Positions 42,357 to 53,283 of a stretch of DNA of 64,000 nt are shown here, piece after piece. This stretch comes from Thecamonas trahens ATCC 50062 (lineage: Eukaryota; Protista; Apusomonadida), in assembly GCF_000142905.1 (NCBI RefSeq), contig NW_013657663.1:248001-312000 (forward strand), read 5' to 3'. The position numbers were made by a program, and so were the translations under genes. The notes under the pieces were generated by a model, which did no database searches, had not been told where the DNA came from, and saw only the letters and a program-made list of their open reading frames with translations. How positions within the stretch are numbered: the stretch's first letter is position 1; each line of letters opens with the position of its first letter.

Positions 42357-44855
42357 TTAGGACGACGACGTCGAAACGACAACATCGTCCGGCTGGTCCA
42401 CGCCGAGCGCATCGGCAAGGTGCACGATCTTCTCGTGCAGGACCAGAAGCTGGCGCCGCTCGTCGAGGACCGAGAAGAAGGCGCGGGCCTCCTCGCGGTT
42501 GAACGCAACGGGGTTCCGGGGATCGTAGCGCTCCATGAGCTGCTTGGCGTTGTCGATGCCAAGGAGGTCGGGCGCACGATCGGGGTGCTTCTTGATAAAG
42601 TTGTTGAGCTCCTTGGCCGAGAGCAGGCCGTCCTGGTTGGCATCGGCCTCGGAGAAGGCCTTCTGCCGGGCCGAGACAACACGGACCGGCTTGAGGCCGG
42701 CAACGCTGCGGAACTTGTTCTTGACAATGATCCATGCCTCGGTGAGCGGGCCTGGGTCTGCGCCAGCCCAGCGCTGCTCCTCCACCGACGACATGACCTT
42801 CTCGTGCGCCGAGAGGATGATGGCCAGGCCGAGGTTGATGAGCACGAGGTAGACAATGATGATAAAGGCGTAGAAGAAGAGCGGGCCGAGCGAAAAGTCG
42901 GCGCGGGTCAGCTCCGAGTAGTCAAAGTCGCCCAGCGCAAAGCGGAAGAGCCGCGAGAGGGTGAACGAGAACCGCGCAAAGCCTTCAACAGACTCGGCAA
43001 ACAGCAGCTGCGCCGAAAAGACAAAGGCAAAGATGACAATGAGGATGACAATGAGGAAGAGCGCGAGGTCCGACCCGGACTCCTGCATCGTCCGCAGCAG
43101 CTGGTTGAGCTTGGTGTTCGTCTCGAGGAACTCGAACATGCGGAAGAACATCATAACAATGAGAATCGCCAGGCACCGCCGCACGTTGAGCGACGCAAAC
43201 TCAATCTTGGAAAAGTCGACGTACTGCGAGTCCGAGACCACAAACTCAAAGTCCTCCACGAGCGCAACTGTCGCGACGCGGAAGGCAATCGTGAGGAGGA
43301 GGAGGATGACAAGAACAACGTTGACCCAGTTCCACCCGGACCGGAAGTACTTCTTGCCCTGCCGAATGAGCGAGTAGATCTGAAGCGCAATGAAAATCGC
43401 TGTCATAATCCAGAGGAAGATCTCAAACGTGATCTCAAACGCAGCAGACCGGTCGGCGCCAAACCCGTTCAACTCCACGGTGTGGAACGACGAGAACGGC
43501 CGCGCACCGCCAGACGCCAGGAACTCCCACGCAATCGTCACCACAGACACTGTGTCCAGGTACGGGTTGTACCACGCCATGCGGAAGTCAATCAACCGCG
43601 TCTGCACATCAACAAATCCGTTTTCCATCAGGTACGTCACGTTCGACACCGACGACGCAAGGTCCGGGCCGAGCGTCACAAGGAACCCACCCGAAGTGTA
43701 CACACGCCGCTCGATCCAAAGCACCTTCTCATCCTCCGCCGCAGAGTACGTGAAGACCCCGCCCGGGCCGTACGGCGCCTTGTCCTGCTTCTTCTTCTCA
43801 AACGGGCCGACACACGTGTCCACAAACGACTGGAACCGCTTCTTGATGTCACACGTGTCCTTCTTCATCCGCAGCTGCCGGATCCGCGGCGCACCCACAC
43901 GCCGCAAGTTCTGGAGGATCGTTCCAAACTCATTCGTCGTAGTCTTCGGTGACGTGTTGGGCGCCGCCCCATTCGTTGTCTCGTACACACCAGGCAGCAG
44001 ATAGTCGCGCATGTAGATGTACATCTGCTTGGCATCGCGCTGCTCATCCAGCGTCACCTCAACGTCGTCAATCGAGTACGCGCGGAGCTCAAACCGCTCC
44101 CGGAGCCGCTCGTTGAACTCGTACGTAAGCCACGACGCCCGCGTGTTGTTCACCACAACCACGAGCACAGCCAGAAAGAGAATGTAGAACGTGTACTTGG
44201 TGATGGCACGCTTGTTCTCCTTCAGCAGCTGCATCATCGTCTTGTTGCTCCTGTATCCACCCGAGTAGCCCGAGCCAGACTCGGCATCTGTCACCGCGCC
44301 GCCAACCCCCCAACCAACCCCCCCGACCACCACCCACCACCAACCACCCATCACCCGCATCATTCCCCATCAACGTCGCCATCATCATCAACATCAGTCA
44401 ATCCCCCCAAGCTGTCCCGCCCACACCCGACCAAAACACTGCGCCCCTCCTACATCGGCCCGTTCAGAGCCATGGCACCCACAACCACCGACAACTGCCT
44501 GCCCAGGGCACGCGAGGCCTCCCAACCACCTATAGCCACCCATTCTAGCCAACACACGCACACTACGCACACTACGCACAAGTACTGCACCCGTAAAATA
44601 CCCTCCCCCTACCTCCCTCCAGCCCCTACCCCACGCGGTGTGTGGCGGGGATCATTTCCGGTTTTCCCCACAACTTTCCCCGCTCGCGCCGCCTCCTCCC
44701 CCCCATGCCCCCCCCCCCCCGTGCCCCCGCCCCCCCCCCCCCTCAACCATGCGTAAATCCCTCCCACTGCACATACCAGCCGTCTCATAGTCATAGGTGT
44801 AAGCCGAACCCTCTGACGAAGATTCGACAGACGAACTGCGCTTCTTACGGGCCAT
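42357..44855 (-). CDS. PKD2: Polycystin-2 (TRPP/PKD2-like) channel with C-terminal EF-hand, join(complement 44777..44855, 42357..44287)
   Basis: GAPRIRQLRMKKDTC, YTSGGF, LMENGFVDVQTR, YNPY, YFRSGWN, pore LFRFALGDFDY, LGPLFF...LINLGLAII, EF loop DANQDGLLSAKE. Phase-1 intron GTATGT..CAG. Confidence 0.93.
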
Positions 44856-45108
44856 GGCGCTGAGAAAGGTGATAGAAACGCTGCTGCCTTCCACTGCCAC
44901 GAAAAGTCGTCGTGAAGGCGAAAGGGGTGGGGCGGAGGAGGGGGGGGGGCATGCATGCTCCGCGGATGACGCCACCGAATCATCTCAATCCGCAAATCAA
45001 CTCTTACAGTTTCAATTCCACGCACGTCCAACACTCGCATCTCGAGCTGTAATTCACTGCCACTCTCTTTCATGCGCATGTCATGACGCCAATCACGCCG
45101 TCTGCTCT

Positions 45109-48100
45109 CTACGCACTCGCTACGGCGGGAATCGAGACCGTGGTGACCACGCCGGTGGCTGTCAACACATCCAACGTCCGTGCCGCCGTCTCTGAAACAG
45201 CAAGACTTACCACCACATCGCCAAGCTCGACACGCTCACCAACAGCAGCTGCCTTAAAGCCAGCTGCATCGCCCCACGTCGCCGTCGCGAGCATCGCAAG
45301 GTCGTGGAAGCTCAGCCGGCCGCCGTGACTCGCCACACAGACCACGTCATCCACCAGCGCCAGGGCCGCCACGTCTGCGGCGTACGGAAAGACGTACATC
45401 ACCGCGAGGCTCTGCGCGTCGCGGATGTGCGACGCCACTGCCGCAGTCACCAGCAACTTCCCGTGCCCGTAGCTCACCGCCATGCTTCCCCCGAGCGAGC
45501 CGAGCAGGTGCTTCTCCTCGTGGCCCAGACCAGGCACCGCCTCGATCAGCGGCGCGCTTCTGCGGAGCTCCAGACTCCACGGATGACTCGCCACGCCGAC
45601 AACGTGGATCCGCGGGCCGGCGGTAACCACCACCTCGCTGCCGCCGCATACAACCGGGACACTGTCGACTGGATCCAGGAGCTCGAGCGTTGCCTCCAGC
45701 TTGACGTTGGGCGAGTGCGCGCCGGCCAGCACCAGCGCATCGTCGTCCAGCTCGCCATGCGGCTCGATCCGCCACAGCGAGAGAAGCCCTGTTGCTGCCC
45801 CGTCGTTGCCGACCGCGTTCGACGCGCTCACTACCAGCGGCGTTCCATCCGCCCGCGCCACTCCGACCACACCCACCAGCTCGTGCCCGCGGCTCATCTG
45901 GACGTAGCCCACATCAGCAAGTGTGTTGCCGTCAAGCAGCATCAGCCAGTCGGCGCCTGACACTGACCCGCTTTCGCCGCCGATGGTCGCCACCGCCACC
46001 AGCGGCGTCGCCCCGCTCGAGACTGCTGCCACGCTCACAACTGTGAGGCCCAGCGGCCGCCGCAGCGCCACCACACCAGCCCCACACGCCCGCCCGAGCA
46101 CAAGCGCGTGGCTGGCATCAAGCCACGCAAAGCCCTGCACCTCGTCGTCGGTCGAGAATGGGACGAGGCCAGCAGGCGCATCCACACTCGGATCCAAAGC
46201 CAGCACCGAGGAGTTGTGGACGTCGAGAATCGTCCACACAGACGAGTGCGCGAGAACAAACGGACTCGTGCCGCCGTGCCCAGCCCCGGCGCTGAGGCTC
46301 ACTGCCGCTCGGCCGACACGCTCAGAGCCGCGCTCTTCCCACGCACCTCCAGCCTCGGGTGCATACCAAGCCACTCCGCCGTCCGACGAGCCGATGACTA
46401 AGAGCGGCGCGCCGGAGGGTGCGACGCTGGCGGGCGCAAAGACCGCCGAGCTCGCCCAGCCAGATGCTAGGCTCACGCTCCCGAGCGGCAGTGCCGCTCC
46501 ACCGCTGGCTGTGGGCGGAATCGAGAACAGCGCCACATCGGCCGAGTGCCACGCCACCGCGGCCAACACTACATGCCCACCCGAGTTGGGCGAGAGCGCC
46601 AGTCGCGCCACTGGTGGCGCCTCGGCCTCGGCCTCGGCCACGCTGATCACTCTTGGGCCGCTGTCACCGAGCTGCACCACCGCAATCTCAGCTCCTGACG
46701 CCACACCCACAGCAGCCACGTCGGGCGCCACCGCCGCTGTCGCCACTGCCCGCTCCACCGTCGCTGCAGATGTTGCCACGCGGCCGAGCTCACAGAACCG
46801 CACTCGAGTGGGCGTCGCTTGGATGACCAGGCCACCGACACGGCCGAGCCCAATCGTCGCCTCGTCTGTGGCCACACAAACACTTCCGTCCTCCTCAAAC
46901 GACGCCGTCTCGGGGACATACCGCAGCACAAGTGTGGCTCGCGCGGCAGCGTACGAGAACGCGAGGTGCGTCGCAACCGACGGCTCGGGCCCAAGGCTCA
47001 CCGCAAACAGCTGCGAGACGCCTTGAAACCCGTCGTTGCTAGCGCTCGCCCCACTCGGCGTCAGTCGCTCGACCGGCAATGCCTTGGTCAGCTGCGCGAT
47101 GCATCCGGTGGCGCCAACCCCAGCGCCCACAATCCACGACCGCCCGAACGAGCGGTTCTCCAGCGCCAAACTTGCCGACGCAAGCACAGGCGCAACCGGA
47201 AGCAGGTGCGCGGGCGCGAGAACAGCATCGACCTCGACAAGGACACGGCTAGGCCCAGCCTCCCACACCACACCCATCGGCGGCCCGTCTACAAAGCCGA
47301 GAACAACCAGGCCCGATGCAGTGTCATACGCGGCACTGGCCACCCGAGTTCCCATTATAGCTCCCGGCTCAGCCCCGCGGAGCAGCGGCGCCATGGCAGA
47401 GCGGGTCACGTCGTAGCTCGCTCGAGCGGAGCCAGTAAGGGTGCTCGTCGGTGCCGGCGCCACTTGCACACTAACAGCTGAAAGCGTGGCGGCGCCGTCG
47501 TTCCCACCAAACATGAGAGTCAGCGCCGAGAGGCGCCTCGCGTTGCGGCCCACAAGCCAGGCGTCGAGCCCAGGCGCCGGAGCGCCAAGATGCGCAACCG
47601 CCATGGGATCGAGCTGAACGCTTACGTCGCTCTCGCTCGATTCCGCCTCGCGAGTGGGGAGCTCGGCCTCGGCCACCACTCCGCCACCACCGTCGAGAAT
47701 CACAGCGGCAGATGGGCTGACAACCAGCAAGCCGCCGGTTCTCACCCGAACCATGCGCGAGGCGAGATATGGGAGGCCCGAGACGACGAACGGACCCATA
47801 CCGATGTCGACCATCCAGAGGCCGGCGTGTGTGCCAAGGACCAGCGAGAGTGCTGCCGCAAAGACGCCGCGGACCAGTGGTCCGCCCAGTGCACCGGGCA
47901 CGTCGACGGCGTAAAGGACTGAGAGAGTGAACGCCGGGACGCCACTCAGCGTGGCATCGTCCGGCGCCTCAGCCAGCACCATGTCAAGCACAACCGGTAG
48001 CACAGGCGCCTCACTGTCAAAGGTGACCAGCTGCGAGAGTCGAAGCTCAAGGCCCGACTCGGGCTCAACGCCGAGCAGCGGCAATAGGTCCAGGCCGACG

Positions 48101-48699
48101 TTGCCCGGCGCGGCCGGCGCCGCGACGACCCCGGCCCAGCTACCTGCCTCGGGCAGCTTGAGCGTGTAAAAGGCAAAGCCGGTCTCGTACACCGAGAGCA
48201 CAACGAGTACCACATGTGGGTCGATCGCCGCAGACGCTGCTGTAAACGGCGTACTTGGGTTGTGGGCATCAAACGGGGCTTGCGCGGTGCCGACGGCGAC
48301 ATCGATCGAAGCCGGCAAGACGACATGAGCGAGATCGGCGACGTCATCGACAGTATCCGGCGCCGCAACAAGCACATCTAGTGCCACCAGCGCGAGTTCA
48401 TGCCCCCGGCGAGTCGCCAGCAGGATACCAACAGCGCGGGCACGCGGCTCGGCCGGGTGGGTCAGCAGATGCAGGCCGACGATGGAGGCCCGCGACTGAA
48501 GGCGGGAATGGAGCCAGGCGGCATCGAGCGAGCCATCTCCTGGCGCCACCGCCAGAACCGAGATGGCAAAAGGTGCCGCCGCCACCACCACCCGCGGAGC
48601 CGCTTCCAACTCGGCATCACTCCCCGCGCCTTCTTGCGGCCAAGACCCCGCCGCCACCGTCCACAGCCAAGGACCAAGCCCTGCGTCCAAGCGCTCCAT
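45109..48699 (-). CDS. Divergent DDB1/RSE1/CPSF160-family multi-beta-propeller protein (start uncertain)
   Basis: The segment APV...IVGAGVGATGCIAQL...GFQGVSQLFAV...HLAFSY...TLVL...TDEATIGLG..GGLVIQATPTRVR, plus GGLLVV and LVIGSSDG, resembles the DDB1/MMS1 N-terminal propellers. Confidence 0.65.
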   Translation of the reverse strand: MERLDAGLGPWLWTVAAGSWPQEGAGSDAELEAAPRVVVAAAPFAISVLAVAPGDGSLDAAWLHSRLQSRASIVGLHLLTHPAEPRARAVGILLATRRGHELALVALDVLVAAPDTVDDVADLAHVVLPASIDVAVGTAQAPFDAHNPSTPFTAASAAIDPHVVLVVLSVYETGFAFYTLKLPEAGSWAGVVAAPAAPGNVGLDLLPLLGVEPESGLELRLSQLVTFDSEAPVLPVVLDMVLAEAPDDATLSGVPAFTLSVLYAVDVPGALGGPLVRGVFAAALSLVLGTHAGLWMVDIGMGPFVVSGLPYLASRMVRVRTGGLLVVSPSAAVILDGGGGVVAEAELPTREAESSESDVSVQLDPMAVAHLGAPAPGLDAWLVGRNARRLSALTLMFGGNDGAATLSAVSVQVAPAPTSTLTGSARASYDVTRSAMAPLLRGAEPGAIMGTRVASAAYDTASGLVVLGFVDGPPMGVVWEAGPSRVLVEVDAVLAPAHLLPVAPVLASASLALENRSFGRSWIVGAGVGATGCIAQLTKALPVERLTPSGASASNDGFQGVSQLFAVSLGPEPSVATHLAFSYAAARATLVLRYVPETASFEEDGSVCVATDEATIGLGRVGGLVIQATPTRVRFCELGRVATSAATVERAVATAAVAPDVAAVGVASGAEIAVVQLGDSGPRVISVAEAEAEAPPVARLALSPNSGGHVVLAAVAWHSADVALFSIPPTASGGAALPLGSVSLASGWASSAVFAPASVAPSGAPLLVIGSSDGGVAWYAPEAGGAWEERGSERVGRAAVSLSAGAGHGGTSPFVLAHSSVWTILDVHNSSVLALDPSVDAPAGLVPFSTDDEVQGFAWLDASHALVLGRACGAGVVALRRPLGLTVVSVAAVSSGATPLVAVATIGGESGSVSGADWLMLLDGNTLADVGYVQMSRGHELVGVVGVARADGTPLVVSASNAVGNDGAATGLLSLWRIEPHGELDDDALVLAGAHSPNVKLEATLELLDPVDSVPVVCGGSEVVVTAGPRIHVVGVASHPWSLELRRSAPLIEAVPGLGHEEKHLLGSLGGSMAVSYGHGKLLVTAAVASHIRDAQSLAVMYVFPYAADVAALALVDDVVCVASHGGRLSFHDLAMLATATWGDAAGFKAAAVGERVELGDVVVSLAVSETAARTLDVLTATGVVTTVSIPAVASA

Positions 48700-49132
48700 T
48701 CCTGCTCGGAGCAGAGTAAAAGCAGCAAAGCCAACAAGGTCTATCCCCACCCTCCTTCCCTTGCGACAGCACAACGATGAAGCAGAGAGAGGTAGTGATG
48801 AAGACCAAGGCCAAGTCCCCATCCCCTGGCCACCACCACCACCACCACCACCACCACCACCACCACCCACTGACCAACCCCGCCTGCTGACCAACCCGGC
48901 CACCCGGCCACCCGGCCACCCGGCCACACCCGGCCACCCGCCCGCATCTTCGCCCCAAAAGCAACGTGACAAACGAATGTGACAAACGAACAAAGACACT
49001 ATGCTTGCCAGGTTTGCCGGTCGCTCCCAGCCAGACAGACACCCGCCCTTACCCTCCGCCTTCCCCTCTCGCCCCCCCCCCCCCCCTTCTGCCTCAACAC
49101 ACTCACACACCTCTCACCCTCAGACCGCAGGC

Positions 49133-50557
49133 ATGTTCAACACACGGCTGTTGTCGTCTGTGGTGCTGGTGCTGCTCGGAGTGGTGCTAGGCGTCAACGT
49201 GGCGGTGTTTATGATCTCCTCCTCCTCGGGCTACTGTGCTCACGACCCGTCGGAGACCTTTACCGCCTCCTCGCGGAGTCAGGGTGGAGGTGCTGGGATG
49301 AAGAGCCCTGCAGCGGCGGCAGCGAGGAAGCTAGAGTCGCCGTCGGGGGATCCGCTGGCGTCGGCCGTGCCGGTGACGCCAAAGGTGGCAGCAGAAATGG
49401 CGGCCAGAGCGCACGCCACGCCTTGCCGCTACGGCGACGACATGGTTACCTTTAAGGGCGAGCGCAACGAGCCGCTCTACCACCAGTACTGCACCGGCCT
49501 GGTGGTGCCGACAGAAGAGCATCGCAAAAAGTATGCTGCGCTCGAGGCCGTGCTGGAAAAGGTAGCCATCAACCGCGAGGTGCTGGTGGCGGTGTCGGAC
49601 GTCAACCCGCTCCGCGGCGGCATGCTCAAGCTGTGGATCGACGGCGTGCTCCGTGCCGGTGTCAAGAACTACCTCATCGTCACTTTGGACGACGAGCTGA
49701 CCAAGTACTGCAAGGAGAACAACATCAACCACTACTACCGCAAGACGGTGGCGTCCAAGGCCCAGGCCGACCTCGGCGGCAACCACCGAGTGTCGGGCAT
49801 GAAGTTCCAGATTCTCAAGGACTTTCTGCTCCTTGGCTACCACGTCTTCCTCTCTGACGTTGACATCATTACTCTCCACGACCCGTTCCCCTACCTCTAC
49901 CGTGACGTCGACGTCGAGTCGCTCTCCGACGGCTTTAACGACGCCACGGCCTACGGCTTTGACGACGTCTTTGACGACCCGGCTATGGGCTGGGCCCGCT
50001 TTGCCCACACCTACCGCCAGTTTGTCTACAACTCGGGCCTTTTCTTCATCCGCGCCACCTATACCTCGGTCGAGCTCGTCGACCGCGTCGCCGCTTGGCT
50101 CGAGGCCGAGAAGGCCTGGGACCAGGCCGTCTTCAACCTGGTCATCTTCAAGCCCTCGCACGGCCAGTACGTCGGTCTCAACCCCTCGACACGTGTCCTC
50201 GATCCCTACGTCTTCATGAACTCGAAGACCTTCTTCACCATCGTCCGCCACAACCCAACCCTCCTCAAGCGCGCCGAGAAGACCCTCTCCATGGCCCACG
50301 TCAACTACCACCCGGACAAGTTTGAGCGCCTTAAGGGCCTCTGGGCCTACTTTGTCGAGGGCAAGAAGGACGCCATCTCGCTCGAGCGCTTCCCCAACGG
50401 CTCCGAGACTCCCGAGCGCCTCGCGGAGATCCGCAAGGAGGAAGAGCGCAAGCGCAACGGTGGCCGCCGCCGCCTCCTTTCGCTCGCCGCCGCTGCCGTC
50501 GGCCACGACGTGGCTATCCCAGCCAACCAGACCGAGCCCATTCCCTTCTACAACTAA
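49133..50557 (+). CDS. GT77 glycosyltransferase, RRA (hydroxyproline O-arabinosyl chain) arabinosyltransferase-like, type II membrane protein
   Basis: N-terminal signal-anchor; GGNHRVSGMKF, LSDVDI (DxD), YRDVDVESLSDG, TAYGFDDVFDDPAMGWARFAHT, NSGLFFIR, WDQAVFN, FMNSK, HVNYHPDK, FPNGSE. Confidence 0.92.
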   Translation: MFNTRLLSSVVLVLLGVVLGVNVAVFMISSSSGYCAHDPSETFTASSRSQGGGAGMKSPAAAAARKLESPSGDPLASAVPVTPKVAAEMAARAHATPCRYGDDMVTFKGERNEPLYHQYCTGLVVPTEEHRKKYAALEAVLEKVAINREVLVAVSDVNPLRGGMLKLWIDGVLRAGVKNYLIVTLDDELTKYCKENNINHYYRKTVASKAQADLGGNHRVSGMKFQILKDFLLLGYHVFLSDVDIITLHDPFPYLYRDVDVESLSDGFNDATAYGFDDVFDDPAMGWARFAHTYRQFVYNSGLFFIRATYTSVELVDRVAAWLEAEKAWDQAVFNLVIFKPSHGQYVGLNPSTRVLDPYVFMNSKTFFTIVRHNPTLLKRAEKTLSMAHVNYHPDKFERLKGLWAYFVEGKKDAISLERFPNGSETPERLAEIRKEEERKRNGGRRRLLSLAAAAVGHDVAIPANQTEPIPFYN

Positions 50558-50837
50558 CCCACACCTGTCCCCATCGCCCTGCAAGCAGCCAGAGGTCTGC
50601 TACCGCCTCACCTGTTATGAAACGACCCAGATTGAGGGAGGAGGAGAAGAAAAGTCCAAAAAAGCCTTGCAACCTGTAACCCACGCACAGGCAGCCACAG
50701 GCAGCCACAGCCCCCCCCCCCTCGCTACACCCACTACACCTACAACCTCATCCACCTGACTCCCACCCTCCCCCTCCCCCTCCCACACCCACACCCACAC
50801 CCACCTCCCACCACCTCCCACTTCCTCTCTCAGCAGC

Positions 50838-51864
50838 ATGGGAAAGGGCCAGTCCAAGAACGCAAAGGCGTCTCCGTCAGAGAGCAAGCCCAAGGTTACC
50901 GCACCTGGTACGCCACACCTCCACACACACACATTTACCCCCTCCCCTCTCACTCACACACCACTCACGCACGACTCTCTCACGACTCCCTCACGACTCC
51001 CTCACTCCTTCTGTAGTGGCCAAGGATACCAAGCGCGCGCTGCGGAAGCTCAACCCAAAGGTGGCTGGTGATCTGGTGGCGGAGACGCGGCTGACCAAAG
51101 ACGAGGTCTCTGCTCTGCACACCTACTTTCAGCAGCTGGAGAGCCTGGATGGAGTCGACTACTCGGACGGCGTGACACGGGAGACCTTTATCCAGCACTG
51201 TCTCAAGGTCGATCTCGGTCATGCTGATGCCGCTGATCGACTCTTCTCGCTCTTTGACGTCGATAACTCGGGCTCGATCGATTTTCGTGAGCTCTGCCTC
51301 TTCACCTCGCTCATGGGCCGCGGCTCGACAACCGAGAAGATCCGCTACGCCTTTGCCGCCTTTGATCTCAACTCGGATGGCGCTCTTGACACCGATGAAG
51401 TCCGCGGCATGCTGCAGGCCTCGCTCAAGCTCGCCGAGTCGCTTTGCATCGCCAACCGCGAAGAGAGCGAGATCCTCGCCGCAGACTCATCCGCGGCAGA
51501 GGCCATCACCAACGACCACGTCGAGGAAGTCTTCCGCGACGTCGACACCAACCAGAACGGAACCATCGAGCTCGACGAGTTCCTCAACGCTGGCACTTCG
51601 AACAAGTACATCAAGCGCGTTCTTGACTTTTTCTACATGATCTCGCACCCGGCCTACGTCGACGCCCAACGGAAGAAGAAGGCTGCGCGCGCTGCCGCCA
51701 AGGCCCAGGCTGCGACAGTTGAACCTGCCGCCCCTGCCGCCGTCGCTGCCTCTTCTTCGGCTGATCCCCCTGCTAACGCCGCAAGCCCGGCCGACAGCGA
51801 CTCGGATCTGGACTCCTCCGACTGCTCCGACTGGTCGTCCTTCTACTCGTCATCATACGAGTGA
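50838..51864 (+). CDS. Myristoylated EF-hand Ca2+ sensor (NCS/calcineurin-B-like), join(50838..50907,51017..51864)
   Basis: MGKGQSK N-myristoylation motif; EF loops DVDNSGSIDFRE, DLNSDGALDTDE, DTNQNGTIELDE; RGSTTEKIRYAF. Phase-1 intron GTACGC..TAG. Confidence 0.9.
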
Positions 51865-52229
51865 TGGTCGCCACGGCATGTCGAGCGCCCCGCCTCACAG
51901 AAGCGACCATCTTGAACATAGTGTCGCTCATCCGACCATCAGACAAACGCACATTTGATACTCTGCTGTGTGGCAGGTCGGTCACATGCATCACCTCCAG
52001 AGAGGAGAGAGATGGAGAGAGATAGGGCGATACGGCAGACGGTGGCATGGTCACGCCACAGGACTCCACTCGATAGCATGGCCTCACAGGCACATACAGC
52101 AACCCAGACCAGAGCCACACAAGCATCGAGTCTGCCCCGCCAAGCACCGGTTCGCTCTGGCATACACGGACTCAATCTCCGACAGAGAAGCGGCCGTCGC
52201 GAGCCGCACGCCAGGAGCCGGCATGCCTA

Positions 52230-52999
52230 TCATGCTCCCTTGTAGGCGTACATGTACGAGCGCAGCTCGGAGACGTCGTTCTCGAGCTGCTCGCAGCCGC
52301 GCTTGACATACCAAGTGATGGCGCACATGGCAGCGTTGGTGCCGGGTAGCCAGATGATGTGTGTGGGATATGTGACAAAGGCCGAGAACTTATAGCTCCA
52401 ATACAAGGCCGGGAGCGCGGCAAAGAGGAGCGAGATGGCGAGCCAAGCATCGCCCATGCGTGTGATGTAGAGAGCCGAGGCAAAGAGACCCACTGCTGCC
52501 ACCAGATGCATGGACACGATGTGGGTGGAGGAGACTGCCGATGAGAGGAAGGCATGTGTCTCTGCCATGTACGGATACAGCACTTGATGAACCGCCAGAT
52601 AGACAAAGACCGCCGCCAGGGCCGCACAGAGGGTAGCCAGGGCGTTGCGATACACCCCATGGATCCGCTCGTTCTCGGCACGCAGCGTGTCGACAAGCAG
52701 TTCTTGCTCTGCTCTCCCAACATGGTAAACACCTCTTGCTGTGTATAAGTCCAAACCCTGCCTCTCCCTCTCCCTCTCCTCCCTGCTTTCCCATCCCGGT
52801 AGCCTCGCCCCCACCATGACGTGGCGACTGCGACACGCCGCCACCACCGACCGTGCCCCCCCCCCCTCCCCACCCAAACACACACACACATACACACATA
52901 GAGCAACATACGTGTTTCGTCCAGATATCTAGAGTCTTCGAGCATGGTGTCAATGTCGGCCATGGTCGGCCGCGATCGCAGGGTGGTCACCGACGACAT
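52230..52999 (-). CDS. Conserved uncharacterised 4-TM membrane protein, join(complement 52912..52999, 52230..52708)
   Basis: Spliced ...RYLDETQQELLVDTLRAEN..., hydrophobic helices, C-terminal ELRSYMYAYKGA*. Phase-1 intron GTATGT..CAG. Confidence 0.75.
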
Positions 53000-53283
53000 G
53001 GCGAAGCGTCAGGTGGTTGTCCTTCTCTGGCCATTGTCTTGTCAAGCCAGCCACGTGGCTTGCTGCCGGCCAAAATGGCGTGTGCGGAAGAGATTGATTG
53101 ACCGTAGGCAACGTGGCAGACATGGTGGTCACCAATGGAACCCTGCAGCCCACACCTCACACGACAGACACTGCTTCGATCCCAGCTTCGGCAAGGACGC
53201 CACGCTCACTATTTATATTCACACAAATGGAGACACGGACAGGAACGCAGACGGTGCCAACCAAGCACAGATGAAGAACGAGG

